Below, one piece after another: positions 42,528 to 51,468 of a DNA stretch of 64,000 bases. The notes under the pieces are model-generated. The model saw only the letters and a list, made by a program, of their open reading frames with translations, had not been told where the DNA came from and did no database searches. Each line of letters starts with the position of its first letter. Positions within the stretch are counted from its first letter, which is position 1. The stretch is from an uncultured Acidobacteriota bacterium (GTDB lineage Bacteria; Actinomycetota; Acidimicrobiia; Spongiisociales; ZC4RG35): the NCBI GenBank assembly GCA_963828465.1, contig CAWHEU010000018.1:224001-288000 (forward strand). Direction: 5' to 3'. A program made the translations under genes and the position numbers.

Positions 42528-43417
42528 GCCGGGTCCTCTTCGTCCTCGTAGTGCCGGAGGAACAACTCCTCCAGAGTCGGCGGATGGCTCACAAGGCTCC
42601 GAACGCCGAGCGGGGCGAGGGTCCGGACAACTTCATCGAGGCGATCGGAGTCCACTTCGAACTCCACCTTGTGATCGTGGAGACGGAGGTCGTGAACACC
42701 GGACAGCCCGGCCACGGGAGAAGGGTCAGAGCTCAACTCGGCGCTGATGGTCGTGCGGGTCAGATGCCGCAGGTCCGAAAGCGTGCCACTCTCCACGGTC
42801 TTTCCCTTGCGAATGATGCTGACCCGGTCACAGAGGGCCTCGACCTCGGCGAGGATGTGACTGGCCAACAGCACAGTGCGCCCGGTGACTCGGTCTTCCT
42901 CGATGCATTTGCGGAACTGTTCCTCCATGAGCGGATCCAGGCCCGCAGTCGGCTCGTCGAGGATGAGGAGCTCGACATCCGAAGCCAATGCTGCGATCAG
43001 CGCCACCTTCTGACGGTTGCCCTTGGAGTACGTGCGGCCCTTCTTGGTGGGGTCGAGGTCGAATCGCTCCAGCAGCATCGCCTTCCTCGACTCGTCGAGG
43101 CCTCCCCGAAGCCGCCCGAGAAGATCGATCACCTCACCACCGGTGAGCTTGGGCCAGAGCGTCACATCCCCGGGGACATAGGCCAGCCGCCGGTGCAACT
43201 CGGTGGCGTCGGACCAGGGGTCACTTCCAAGCAGGGTTGCTGTGCCGGCATCGTGGCGGATGAGACCAAGCAGGACGCGGATGGTCGTGGTCTTGCCCGC
43301 CCCGTTGGGACCGAGGAAGCCGTGAACCTCGCCGGGGGCGACCTCCAGGTCGAGCCCGTCGAGGGCCCGGACATTCCCGAAGTTCTTGACGAGGCCGGAG
43401 ACAGCGATTGCAGACAT
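42524..43417 (-). CDS. ABC transporter ATP-binding protein
   Basis: [17 protein letters not shown] and LDEPT motifs. Confidence 0.95.
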   Translation of the reverse strand: MSAIAVSGLVKNFGNVRALDGLDLEVAPGEVHGFLGPNGAGKTTTIRVLLGLIRHDAGTATLLGSDPWSDATELHRRLAYVPGDVTLWPKLTGGEVIDLLGRLRGGLDESRKAMLLERFDLDPTKKGRTYSKGNRQKVALIAALASDVELLILDEPTAGLDPLMEEQFRKCIEEDRVTGRTVLLASHILAEVEALCDRVSIIRKGKTVESGTLSDLRHLTRTTISAELSSDPSPVAGLSGVHDLRLHDHKVEFEVDSDRLDEVVRTLAPLGVRSLVSHPPTLEELFLRHYEDEEDPA

Positions 43418-43457
43418 GTTGTTGAGAATACAGGGATTTCACACTATTGTAAATGTT

Positions 43458-43982
43458 ATGAACGCGTCAAGACAAAGGGTCGAGGACCTCGCGGACACGA
43501 GGGACTTACTGGCATTCGTGGAGGAGTTCGCCCTGATCCTGGCGGAGACGGGCATGCCCCGGATGCCGGCCCGTGTCTTCGCCTATGCCCTCGCCGAGGA
43601 TGCAGATCGATACTCCGCGCGGGAGCTGGCCGAAGGATTGGGGGTGAGCCCGGCTGCCATTTCAGGCGCCGTCCGCTACTTGACCCACGCCGGGATGCTG
43701 GGCAAGGAACGAGTGCCCGGCTCACGCAGCGACACCTATCGCATCTATGACGACGACGTCTGGCTTGCCATCACGAGCCAGCGCACCCCGCTGCTGAGAC
43801 GATGGAAGGAGGTGCTGGAATCCGGTGTCTCTACGATCGGCCTCGATCGCCCGGGTGGGCGACGCCTGAGCGAGACGATCGCCTTCCTCGACTTCATGGA
43901 GCGAGAGCTCCCCTCGTTGATGGAGAAATGGCATCGCGAGCGCCAGTCGCTCATCGAGGTCGATGGAGCATCTCGCCTCTGA
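43458..43982 (+). CDS. GbsR/MarR family transcriptional regulator
   Basis: GMPRMPARVF and ELAEGLGVSPAAISGAVRYL (HTH); divergent from the ABC exporter. Confidence 0.88.
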   Translation: MNASRQRVEDLADTRDLLAFVEEFALILAETGMPRMPARVFAYALAEDADRYSARELAEGLGVSPAAISGAVRYLTHAGMLGKERVPGSRSDTYRIYDDDVWLAITSQRTPLLRRWKEVLESGVSTIGLDRPGGRRLSETIAFLDFMERELPSLMEKWHRERQSLIEVDGASRL

Positions 43983-44154
43983 CCGGGAACCGGATCAGAG
44001 CCCGCAACGTAATGGCCGAGAAGGCCGACGCGACGGTCGCCGATTGCGTAAGGTTCCGGCGGGCAGGATTCCGGTGGCACCGGAATCCTTTGTGCAATGG
44101 GAGGTCCGGCCGTTGGTTTGCAAACGGTTGGCCCACGAGACCGGGAGGTGAACC

Positions 44155-44430
44155 TTGGCAGTCGAGACGTCCGGTCACAGCCGGGGTAATCCCCGTCTGT
44201 ACGAGTTGATCGAGCACGCCCCCAAGGAGGGCGAGAGCCCAACGATCTGGGCGTGGCCGGAGATCGTCGACTACTTCAAGGTCGCCGGTCAGCCGGTCCA
44301 GGGGCCATGGCCTCCTCATCAGCAGCCGAGACCCGATCCGGCGGCCGAGTCCCTGCCCGTAGCCGTGCCCGACCCACAATCTTCCCCTCGTCAGCCCGAG
44401 CCCTCAGGAGAATCCGGGCCGCAGGCCTGA
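44155..44430 (+). CDS. Hypothetical protein; first ORF of the cox operon
   Basis: GGAGGTGAACC RBS before TTG; stop lies 20 nt before the coxM start; Trp/Pro-rich. Confidence 0.6.
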   Translation: MAVETSGHSRGNPRLYELIEHAPKEGESPTIWAWPEIVDYFKVAGQPVQGPWPPHQQPRPDPAAESLPVAVPDPQSSPRQPEPSGESGPQA

Positions 44431-44450
44431 AGCAAAGCAAGGAGGCAGAC

Positions 44451-45329
44451 ATCTACCCCTCTCGATTCCGCTACGAGGCACCGAGGTCGGTCGAGGAGGC
44501 CTCCGCGCTCCTGGCCGACGGCGGCGGCGAGGCCAAGATCCTGGCCGGGGGCCAGAGCCTGGTCCCGATGATCAAGCTCCGGTTCGCCTCGCCGGAGATG
44601 CTGGTCGACATCAACGAGATCCCCGACCTGGACTATCACCGTATCGACGCCGGACGGCTCCGATACACGTCGGTGCGTTGTGCCGTCACGCCGACCTGGA
44701 GCGCTCCTCTCTGCTTGCCGACTCGCCAGCCGACGATGGCTGCGGCCGCCCCCCTGGTGGCCGATCCGATCGTGCGGAATCGAGGCACGCTGGTCGGCTC
44801 GTTGTGTCACGCCGACCCTCAAGGTGATTGGGCCTCGGTGATGGTCTCCCTGGACGGTCTGGTGGTGGCACAGGGCCCCCGCGGCCGGCGCACGATCGCG
44901 GTCAAGGAGCTGGTGCACGGCCCGTTCCAGACGACCCTCGCCTATGACGAGATCGTCGTGGAAGCGATCGCCCCCGCCCCCAAGGGCACACCCGCCGGCG
45001 GCTACCTCAAGCTGGAGCGCCGCGTCGGCGATTTCGCCACCGTTGGCGTCGCAGTATCCGTCGACCGAACCGGTGACGAAGTCTCCCGGGCAGGGATCGG
45101 CCTGACCGGCGTGGGTGCCTCCACCATCTCGGCGGACGATGCCGCCCAAGTGCTGGTGGGTGGCCCACTCACAGCCGATGCGATCGCCGAAGCCGCCGCC
45201 CTTGCGGCCCAGGCAGCCCAGCCCCGCACTGATCACAGAGGGAGCGCCTCCTACAAGCGGCACCTGGTCAGCGTCTTCACCAGCAGGATCCTGACCGGGT
45301 TGATTCGATCGGAAGAGGAGGCAGCCTGA
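44451..45329 (+). CDS. coxM: Aerobic CO dehydrogenase medium (FAD) subunit
   Basis: [34 protein letters not shown] and [12 protein letters not shown] motifs; AAGGAGG RBS precedes ATC; internal compensating indels at about 44650-44727. Confidence 0.93.
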   Translation: MYPSRFRYEAPRSVEEASALLADGGGEAKILAGGQSLVPMIKLRFASPEMLVDINEIPDLDYHRIDAGRLRYTSVRCAVTPTWSAPLCLPTRQPTMAAAAPLVADPIVRNRGTLVGSLCHADPQGDWASVMVSLDGLVVAQGPRGRRTIAVKELVHGPFQTTLAYDEIVVEAIAPAPKGTPAGGYLKLERRVGDFATVGVAVSVDRTGDEVSRAGIGLTGVGASTISADDAAQVLVGGPLTADAIAEAAALAAQAAQPRTDHRGSASYKRHLVSVFTSRILTGLIRSEEEAA

Positions 45330-45330
45330 G

Positions 45331-45855
45331 ATGACCAGCTTGTTTCAGGAGGTCAGCCCGGGGGCGGCCGAGGAGACCCCGACCAGACAGATCACCGTGA
45401 CGGTCAACGGCGAGAGCCGAACCGCTGTAGTCGAGCCACGCCTGGTCCTCGCCCATCTGCTCCGCAATGGGTTCAACATGACCGGCACCCACACCGGGTG
45501 CGACACCTCCAACTGCGGGGCCTGTACCGTCCTCTTCGACGGCAAGCCGGTGAAGAGTTGCACCATGTTCGCCGTCCAGGCCGACGGCCACGAGGTGATG
45601 ACCGTCGAAGGACTGGCCGGCCCCAGTGAGCTGCACGCCATCCAAGAGGGGTTCAAGGAGGAGCACGGGCTCCAGTGTGGGTTCTGCACCCCCGGGATGA
45701 TGATGGCCTCCAAGGCACTGCTCGATGAGAACCCCAACCCGACCGAGGACGAGATCCGTTGGGCGTTGAGCGGCAACCTCTGCCGGTGCACCGGTTATCA
45801 GAACATCGTGAAGGCGGTCATGTGGGCGGCCCGGAAGCTGGAGGATCAGGCATGA
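45331..45855 (+). CDS. coxS: Aerobic CO dehydrogenase small (2Fe-2S) subunit
   Basis: [19 protein letters not shown] and NLCRCTGY motifs. Confidence 0.96.
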   Translation: MTSLFQEVSPGAAEETPTRQITVTVNGESRTAVVEPRLVLAHLLRNGFNMTGTHTGCDTSNCGACTVLFDGKPVKSCTMFAVQADGHEVMTVEGLAGPSELHAIQEGFKEEHGLQCGFCTPGMMMASKALLDENPNPTEDEIRWALSGNLCRCTGYQNIVKAVMWAARKLEDQA

Positions 45856-48240
45856 CGGCGGTCGACGAGATCAAGATCGGCGGCATGGGCGCCAGCAGGC
45901 GCCGTGTCGAGGACAACCGCTTCATCCGGGGCAAGGGCAACTACGTCGACGACATCGTCCTGCCCGGGATGCTGCACATGGAAATCCTGCGCAGCCCTTT
46001 GGCCCACGCCCGGATCAAGTCGATCGACGCATCGAAGGCCTGGGCCATGCCCGGCGTCCGTCTCGTCCTGACCGGCGAGACGATGGCTGCCCGCAACCTG
46101 GCCTGGATGCCGACGTTGTCGTACGACACCCAAGCCGTGCTGGCCACCGACAAGGTGCGCTTCCAGGGTCAGGAGGTCGCCTGCGTCATCGCCGACGATC
46201 CCTACATCGCCAAGGATGCTTGTGAGGCGATCGTGGTGGACTACGAGCCGCTCCCGGTGATCGTCAACCCCACCCAGTCTCTCGCCGAGGGAGCACCACT
46301 GATCCGGGACGACAAGGAGAACCAGTCGAGCAACGTGATCTACGACTGGGAGGTAGGTGACAAGGACGGAACCGACCAGGTCTTCGACCAGGCCGATGTC
46401 ATCTCCACGATCGAGCTCCACTACCCGAGATCACATCCTGCCCCGATCGAGTGCTGCGGGTCGATCGCCGATTTCAACCGGGCTACATCGAAGCTGACCG
46501 TCTACATGACGACCCAGGCGCCCCACATCATCCGGGCTGCAGTCGCCCTGGTCGCCGAGCTGCCCGAGCAGATGATCCGGATCGTCTCCCCGGACATCGG
46601 GGGCGGGTTCGGCAACAAGGTGCCGGTGTACCCGGGGTATGTGGCATCGATATTGGCGTCGATCCTCCTCGAGCGCCCGGTGAAGTGGATCGAGGACCGG
46701 ACCGGCAACCTGATCTCGACCGGCTTCGCCCGTGACATCTATCTCCACGGCGAGCTGGCGTTGCGCAAGGACGGGCGGATCCTTGGAGTGCGGATGAAGG
46801 CGACGGCGGACCACGGAGCCTTTTTCTCCGATGCCCAGCCGTCGAAGTTCAAGATCGGGTTGATGCACTCGGCGTTCGCCTGTTACGACATCCCCAACGC
46901 CCATCTCCAGGCGCGGGGGGTCTACACCAACAAGGCGCCGGGCGGTGTGGCCTACCGATGCTCTTTCCGGGTGACCGAGGCGATGTTCTTCCAGGAGCGG
47001 ATGGTCCAGGCGGCTGCCGACGACCTGGGCATGGACCAGGCCGAGTTCCGCCGCATCAACTTCGTGCGCGACGACGACTTTCCCCATCGGACCCCTTGGG
47101 GCTTCCTCACCGACTCGGGCCAGTACGGCAAGTGCCTCGATGTCGGTCTCGAAGCGATCGGCTACCAGGACTTCCTCAAGGAGAAGGAAGAGGCGGCGAA
47201 GCGGGGGCGACTCCTCGGGATCGGGATCTCCACGATGACCGAGCCGCTAGGGGCAGGCAACAGCCGTGAGTACGACATCCTGGGTATCAAGATGTTCGAC
47301 TCCGCCGAGCTCAAGATCCATATGACCGGCAAGGCGCTCCTGCGCACCGGGGCCAAGACCCAGGGTCAGGGTCACGAGACGACATGGGCTCAGATCGTGG
47401 CCCACGAGCTAGGCCTTCCCGCCGAGGACATCCTCGTGGAGGAAGGGGACACCGACACCGCGCCGTTCGGGATGGGGACCTACGCCTCCAGGAGCACGCC
47501 GGTGGCCGGCGCAGCGGTGGCCATGGTCTCACGCAAGATCCGCGCCAAGGCCCGGAAGATCGCGGCGCACCTCCTCGAGATATCCGAGGAGGACGTCGAG
47601 TGGGAGTTGGGGCGTTTCTACGTCCGCAGCCAGCCCGACCGCGGGGTCACCATCCAGGAATGTGCCATGGCGGCGTACTCCAACATGCCCGACGGGATGG
47701 AGCCCGGGTCTGGAGAATGTGGCGTATTACGACCCGCCCAACCTCACCTGGCCGTTCGCCTGCTACATCGTCACCGTGGAAGTCGACCCCGAAACCGGGG
47801 TGTGGGACGTGTTGAGGCTCGTTGCGGTCGACGATTGCGGCGTGCGGATCAACCCGATGATCGTCGAAGGCCAGATCATGGGTGGGCTCACCGAGGCCTA
47901 CGCCATGGCCAACATGCAGTTCATCACCTTCGACGAACACGGCAACTGCATCGGCTCCAACTTCACCGACTACTTGCTCCCGACCGCCTGGGAGACGCCG
48001 GGCTTCGAGCTGCACGAGGTGGTCACGCCCTGCCCCCACCACCCGATAGGCGCCAAGGGCATCGGCGAATGCGCCGCCGTTGGCGGTCCTGCCGCGTTCG
48101 TCAATGCAGTGATCGACGCCCTCAAGGGCACCGGGGTTCGCAACATCGACATGCCGTTGTTTCCCGACCGGGTCTATCAGGCGCTGCAGACTGGCCTGGA
48201 CGTGAGCGGAGCGCCGCCGGTGAGGACCGACGAGACATGA
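45852..48240 (+). CDS. coxL: Aerobic CO dehydrogenase large (Mo-Cu) subunit, form I; +1 frameshift near 47708
   Basis: Active-site loop [10 protein letters not shown], plus GGGFGNK and QGHETT; the C-terminal third ([11 protein letters not shown]...GAKGIGE) is in the next frame. Confidence 0.95.
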
Positions 48241-49226
48241 ACTCCCAGCCGGCCGACGGGTGGAGGATGATCGAGATGGCGAGCGATCTCGCCCGACAGG
48301 GCGTCGAGTTCGCTCTCGCCACCGTCGTCTGGCGCCAGGCGCCCTCCTCGGGGCATCAGGGTGCGAGGGCCATCATCACGGCCGACGGCCAGATGCACGG
48401 CTGGATCGGGGGAGCTTGTGCCGAGCCGGTGGTGATACGGGAGGCGCAGCGGGCCATGGAGGACCGCGTCCCACGGCTCATCCTCTTGGGCAACCCGGAC
48501 CAATTCGGCGAGATCCCTGACGGAATGACGTTCGTCCAGATGTCGTGCCAATCCGAAGGCGCCCTGCAGCTGTACGTCGAGCCGGTGCTCCCCAGTCCGC
48601 ACCTGGTCGTGCTGGGCCGGTCGCCGATGGCGGCCACCCTGGCCGAGCTGGCAGCCGGTGTCGGATGGCGGGCAGACCTGGTCGATGTCCCCGACTTCAA
48701 GACCGCCCACGTCGGCAACAGATCCGTCGTGGTCGTCGCCACCCAGGGGCACGGTGACGAAGAGGCGGTGGAGCAGGCGGTCACGGCCCGACCCGCCTTC
48801 GTCGGACTGGTCGCCTCACGCAAGCGGGGCGAGGCGATCCTCGGATACCTCGCCGACCGCGGCGTCCCCCAAGAGCTCTTGGATCAGGTGCGAGTCCCGG
48901 TCGGCATCGACCTCGGCCACACCTCACATCCCGAGATAGCTGTATCCGTACTGGCCGAGCTGGTCGAGCTACGAGCCAAGGGCGTCCTCGACCCCGAACC
49001 TCGGGCGGAATCTCAGGCGGCGCCAGTACAGCAGCACCATGCCGGTCATGATCACGATCACTCGGCGGCAGTCACAGCCGTCGACCTGGTTTGCGGGATG
49101 ACCGTGCCGGCCGACGAGACCAGCCGCCCCCTCGAATACGAGGGACATACCTACTACTTCTGCTGCCCGGGATGCCGGACGGCGTTCGAGAAGGAGCCCA
49201 CTGCCTACCTGACTGTTAGAGGATGA
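48237..49226 (+). CDS. CoxF/XdhC family maturation factor with His-rich linker and C-terminal YHS/TRASH domain
   Basis: GWIGGACAE, MSCQSEG and VPVGIDLG..HPEIAVS motifs; then HHAGHDHDH and DLVCGM...YYFCCPGC. Confidence 0.88.
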   Translation: MNSQPADGWRMIEMASDLARQGVEFALATVVWRQAPSSGHQGARAIITADGQMHGWIGGACAEPVVIREAQRAMEDRVPRLILLGNPDQFGEIPDGMTFVQMSCQSEGALQLYVEPVLPSPHLVVLGRSPMAATLAELAAGVGWRADLVDVPDFKTAHVGNRSVVVVATQGHGDEEAVEQAVTARPAFVGLVASRKRGEAILGYLADRGVPQELLDQVRVPVGIDLGHTSHPEIAVSVLAELVELRAKGVLDPEPRAESQAAPVQQHHAGHDHDHSAAVTAVDLVCGMTVPADETSRPLEYEGHTYYFCCPGCRTAFEKEPTAYLTVRG

Positions 49227-49227
49227 A

Positions 49228-49809
49228 ATGCTGATCAAGCACGACTTCGAGGTACCGGTTGACGTAGACAAGGTGTGGGAGTTCTGTCAGGACATCCCCC
49301 AGGTGGCCGCCTGCCTCCCGGGAGCCTCCCTCACGGACGAGATCGGCCCCGACCAGTACGCCGGGAATGTCGGGATCCGCCTCGGACCGGTCCAGATGCA
49401 ATTCGCCGGCCAGGCCGCGGTCATGGAACGCGATCACGCCAACAGGACCATCGTCGTCGACGCCTCGGGTGCCGACGAGAAGGGCCGGGGTCAGGCCAAT
49501 CTCGGCCTGACTGCCCGCCTGGTCCCCACCGCCAACGGAACGCGGGTGGAGGTCGAGCAGGACCTGCAGTTGTCGGGAGCGGCGGCGCAGTACGGAAGGG
49601 GCATGATCAGCGACGTGAGCGCAGTGATGATGCGGGATTTCGCCACCAACATGCAGACGCGGATCGATGCCTACGACCGAGGCGTGTCACCCGACCAGAT
49701 CGAGACGAAATCTGCCGGCGGCTTCGGAATCGCTATCGCGGCAGCATGGATGGCCCTCAAACGTGTGGGGCGCCGGTTCTTTCTCCCCTACGAGCCCAAC
49801 CGGATCTGA
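49228..49809 (+). CDS. coxG: CoxG (SRPBCC) protein with C-terminal membrane-associating helix
   Basis: VAACLPGA, LGPVQMQFAG and AQYGRGMI motifs; C-terminal GFGIAIAAAWMALKRVGRRFF. Confidence 0.88.
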   Translation: MLIKHDFEVPVDVDKVWEFCQDIPQVAACLPGASLTDEIGPDQYAGNVGIRLGPVQMQFAGQAAVMERDHANRTIVVDASGADEKGRGQANLGLTARLVPTANGTRVEVEQDLQLSGAAAQYGRGMISDVSAVMMRDFATNMQTRIDAYDRGVSPDQIETKSAGGFGIAIAAAWMALKRVGRRFFLPYEPNRI

Positions 49810-49819
49810 GGAGGCGCTG

Positions 49820-50074
49820 ATGACTTGGTGGTGGATTGGAAACGCGGTGCTCCTCTTGGTGGTGGTACCTGTGCTGGTCGCCCTGCTCAACAGGGTGTTG
49901 GCGGCCGTAGAGCGAATCAGAGGCGCCGCCGACAACATCCTCGCCGGGGGGGTAGCCCTAATCGGCGAGGTGGACAGGGTGCCAGAGCTCTTGGGGGTCA
50001 CCGATCAGACGATCGAAGACGTATCCACGGGCGCCGTCCGCTACGCCGGGTCCGTCGCGAAGTTGCTGGGTTGA
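49820..50074 (+). CDS. Small single-TM coiled-coil protein 1 (84 aa)
   Basis: GAGGAGG RBS; MTWWWIGNAVLLLVVVPVLVALLNRV followed by a heptad helix. Confidence 0.82.
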   Translation: MTWWWIGNAVLLLVVVPVLVALLNRVLAAVERIRGAADNILAGGVALIGEVDRVPELLGVTDQTIEDVSTGAVRYAGSVAKLLG

Positions 50075-50088
50075 GGGAGGTGTAGCCA

Positions 50089-50316
50089 ATGCCTGCTGTA
50101 GCAATCGTCACCTTGGTCCTGGCGACGCTGATCATCGCCGCCGCCGCCGTGGGTCTGATCAGGGTCATCGAGCACCTGAATGCCGCACTGAGATCCCTGC
50201 GAGCAGTCACCGGAGGTGTCGGCGTGATTGCGGACAAGACCAGCACCGTGCCGGCAGTGGTGGGCTCGGTCAACGCGAATCTCAAGCCCGTCAGCGACTT
50301 CTGCGAATCGATATAG
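50089..50316 (+). CDS. Small single-TM coiled-coil protein 2 (75 aa)
   Basis: GGAGGTG RBS; MPAVAIVTLVLATLIIAAAAVGLIRV followed by a heptad helix. Confidence 0.82.
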   Translation: MPAVAIVTLVLATLIIAAAAVGLIRVIEHLNAALRSLRAVTGGVGVIADKTSTVPAVVGSVNANLKPVSDFCESI

Positions 50317-50323
50317 GAACGAC

Positions 50324-50584
50324 ATGAGCGAACTCTTCGAAGGAAACACCGGTTGGCTGGTCGGGTACATCATCGGGATCGTCGTCGTCCTGGTGGTGGT
50401 CGCCTTGGTCGTGCCCATCCTGGTCCTGGCCAGCAAGATCGGGAGCGAGGCTCAGCTGATCGACGAGAGTCTCCAGAAGTCGGTGCAGAACACAGCGGCG
50501 TTGGCAGAACTGGGTTCCACGAACCAGATGGCGGTGAACGTCATACAAGGGCTCGAGCGGGGCCGGAAGCGACTCGGAGGATGA
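50324..50584 (+). CDS. Small single-TM coiled-coil protein 3 (86 aa)
   Basis: AGGA RBS; WLVGYIIGIVVVLVVVALVVPILVLA followed by a heptad helix; ATGA overlap with the next gene. Confidence 0.82.
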   Translation: MSELFEGNTGWLVGYIIGIVVVLVVVALVVPILVLASKIGSEAQLIDESLQKSVQNTAALAELGSTNQMAVNVIQGLERGRKRLGG

Positions 50585-50874
50585 CCATGGTCTTTGCCCT
50601 CACCGAGAACCAGGAGACCCTGTGGCAGATCGCCAACTGGGCCGGGCTCGCCGTCGTGGTTGCGGTGGCGCTCTTGCTCACCATCCTCGTGCTCCTGGTC
50701 CACAGAATCGACAAAAGGGTCAAGAACATCAAAGCGACGCTGACCCAAGCCGAGGCCAACACCGCTGATGCCGAGTTGCTGAACACCACCGCTGCCGGCG
50801 TCGACCTGGTCCTCGCCGAAGGTCTCGAGCATCATCTCTTCCTGGGCCGGGTGCTGGGGAAGGTGCGCTCATGA
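50581..50874 (+). CDS. Small single-TM coiled-coil protein 4 (97 aa)
   Basis: WAGLAVVVAVALLLTILVLLV followed by a heptad helix; ATGA overlaps on both sides. Confidence 0.82.
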   Translation: MTMVFALTENQETLWQIANWAGLAVVVAVALLLTILVLLVHRIDKRVKNIKATLTQAEANTADAELLNTTAAGVDLVLAEGLEHHLFLGRVLGKVRS

Positions 50875-51281
50875 GCAATCTGGTCCTCTTCACAGTCGTC
50901 GACATCGTCCTGCTCATCGCCGGGCTGGCGATCTATCTCTGGATCGTCGGCGGGCAGCTCACCCGGATCGCCACCAACCTCGAGGAGTGCGACGACCTGG
51001 TGCTGAAGATCGGCGGCAACGCCGCTTCGATCGAAGGCAACCTCGAACACGTGAACCGCACGGGAGGCGTCGTCGCCGGCGCGCTCCCCCTGCTTTATGG
51101 GATGGCCGAGAAGATCGTGGTCGGCGCCACCTACGACCCGGAGACGGTGCCGGAGCGAGGTCCGGCGGTACCCGCATCGGGTCGCCGCCGCTCACGTCTG
51201 CATGACGCCATCGGCTACATGCCGGACGGCCCGGGGAGCAGGGCCCACGCCCCCTTGGCCGATACGACCGAGCCTTCGTAG
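50871..51281 (+). CDS. Small single-TM coiled-coil protein 5 (136 aa, with basic/Pro-rich tail)
   Basis: LVLFTVVDIVLLIAGLAIYLWIV followed by a heptad helix; last gene before the terminator. Confidence 0.82.
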   Translation: MSNLVLFTVVDIVLLIAGLAIYLWIVGGQLTRIATNLEECDDLVLKIGGNAASIEGNLEHVNRTGGVVAGALPLLYGMAEKIVVGATYDPETVPERGPAVPASGRRRSRLHDAIGYMPDGPGSRAHAPLADTTEPS

Positions 51282-51310
51282 GTCGACGCATCCTCATCCG
51301 TACCCTTAGC

Positions 51311-51344
51311 GAGATGGGCCGGGGCCGACCCGGCCCATCTCTTT
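51311..51344 (+). terminator. Terminator-like hairpin ending the cox structural operon
   Basis: Perfect 13-bp stem GAGATGGGCCGGG-GCCGA-CCCGGCCCATCTC followed by TTT. Confidence 0.8.
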
Positions 51345-51425
51345 CCCCTCCGGATCACCTGACCGGTGTTCCGGCAACCCGTTTGTGTCCGCTTGACCCG
51401 CGACCCATGACATGAGATTTCGGCA

Positions 51426-51458
51426 AGAATCTCGTCAGCGATCCACCACGGGCGGACA
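51426..51458 (+). promoter_or_regulatory. Candidate ECF promoter, copy 1
   Basis: AGAATC-NN-GTCA-N15-CGGACA, ending 10 nt before the sigma ATG; the same motif and spacing precede the second sigma. Confidence 0.55.
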
Positions 51459-51468
51459 CTAAGGGGCA

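Noticed and set aside
47690-47720. Programmed ribosomal frameshift in coxL
   Set aside because: There is no slippery heptamer; an extra G in a short G-run matches the error pattern seen across the window.
45759-49226. 1155-aa apparent CoxL-XdhC-YHS fusion in the ORF track
   Set aside because: It is created by a +1 indel near 47708. The true CoxL C-terminus is in another frame ending at 48240, and the XdhC gene has its own ATG at 48237.
49820-51281. Five small TM ORFs as pilins, WXG100 proteins or ATP synthase subunits
   Set aside because: They have no class III signal peptide (G/FxxxE), no central WxG motif and no c-ring hairpin with an acidic residue, and no matching machinery lies nearby.
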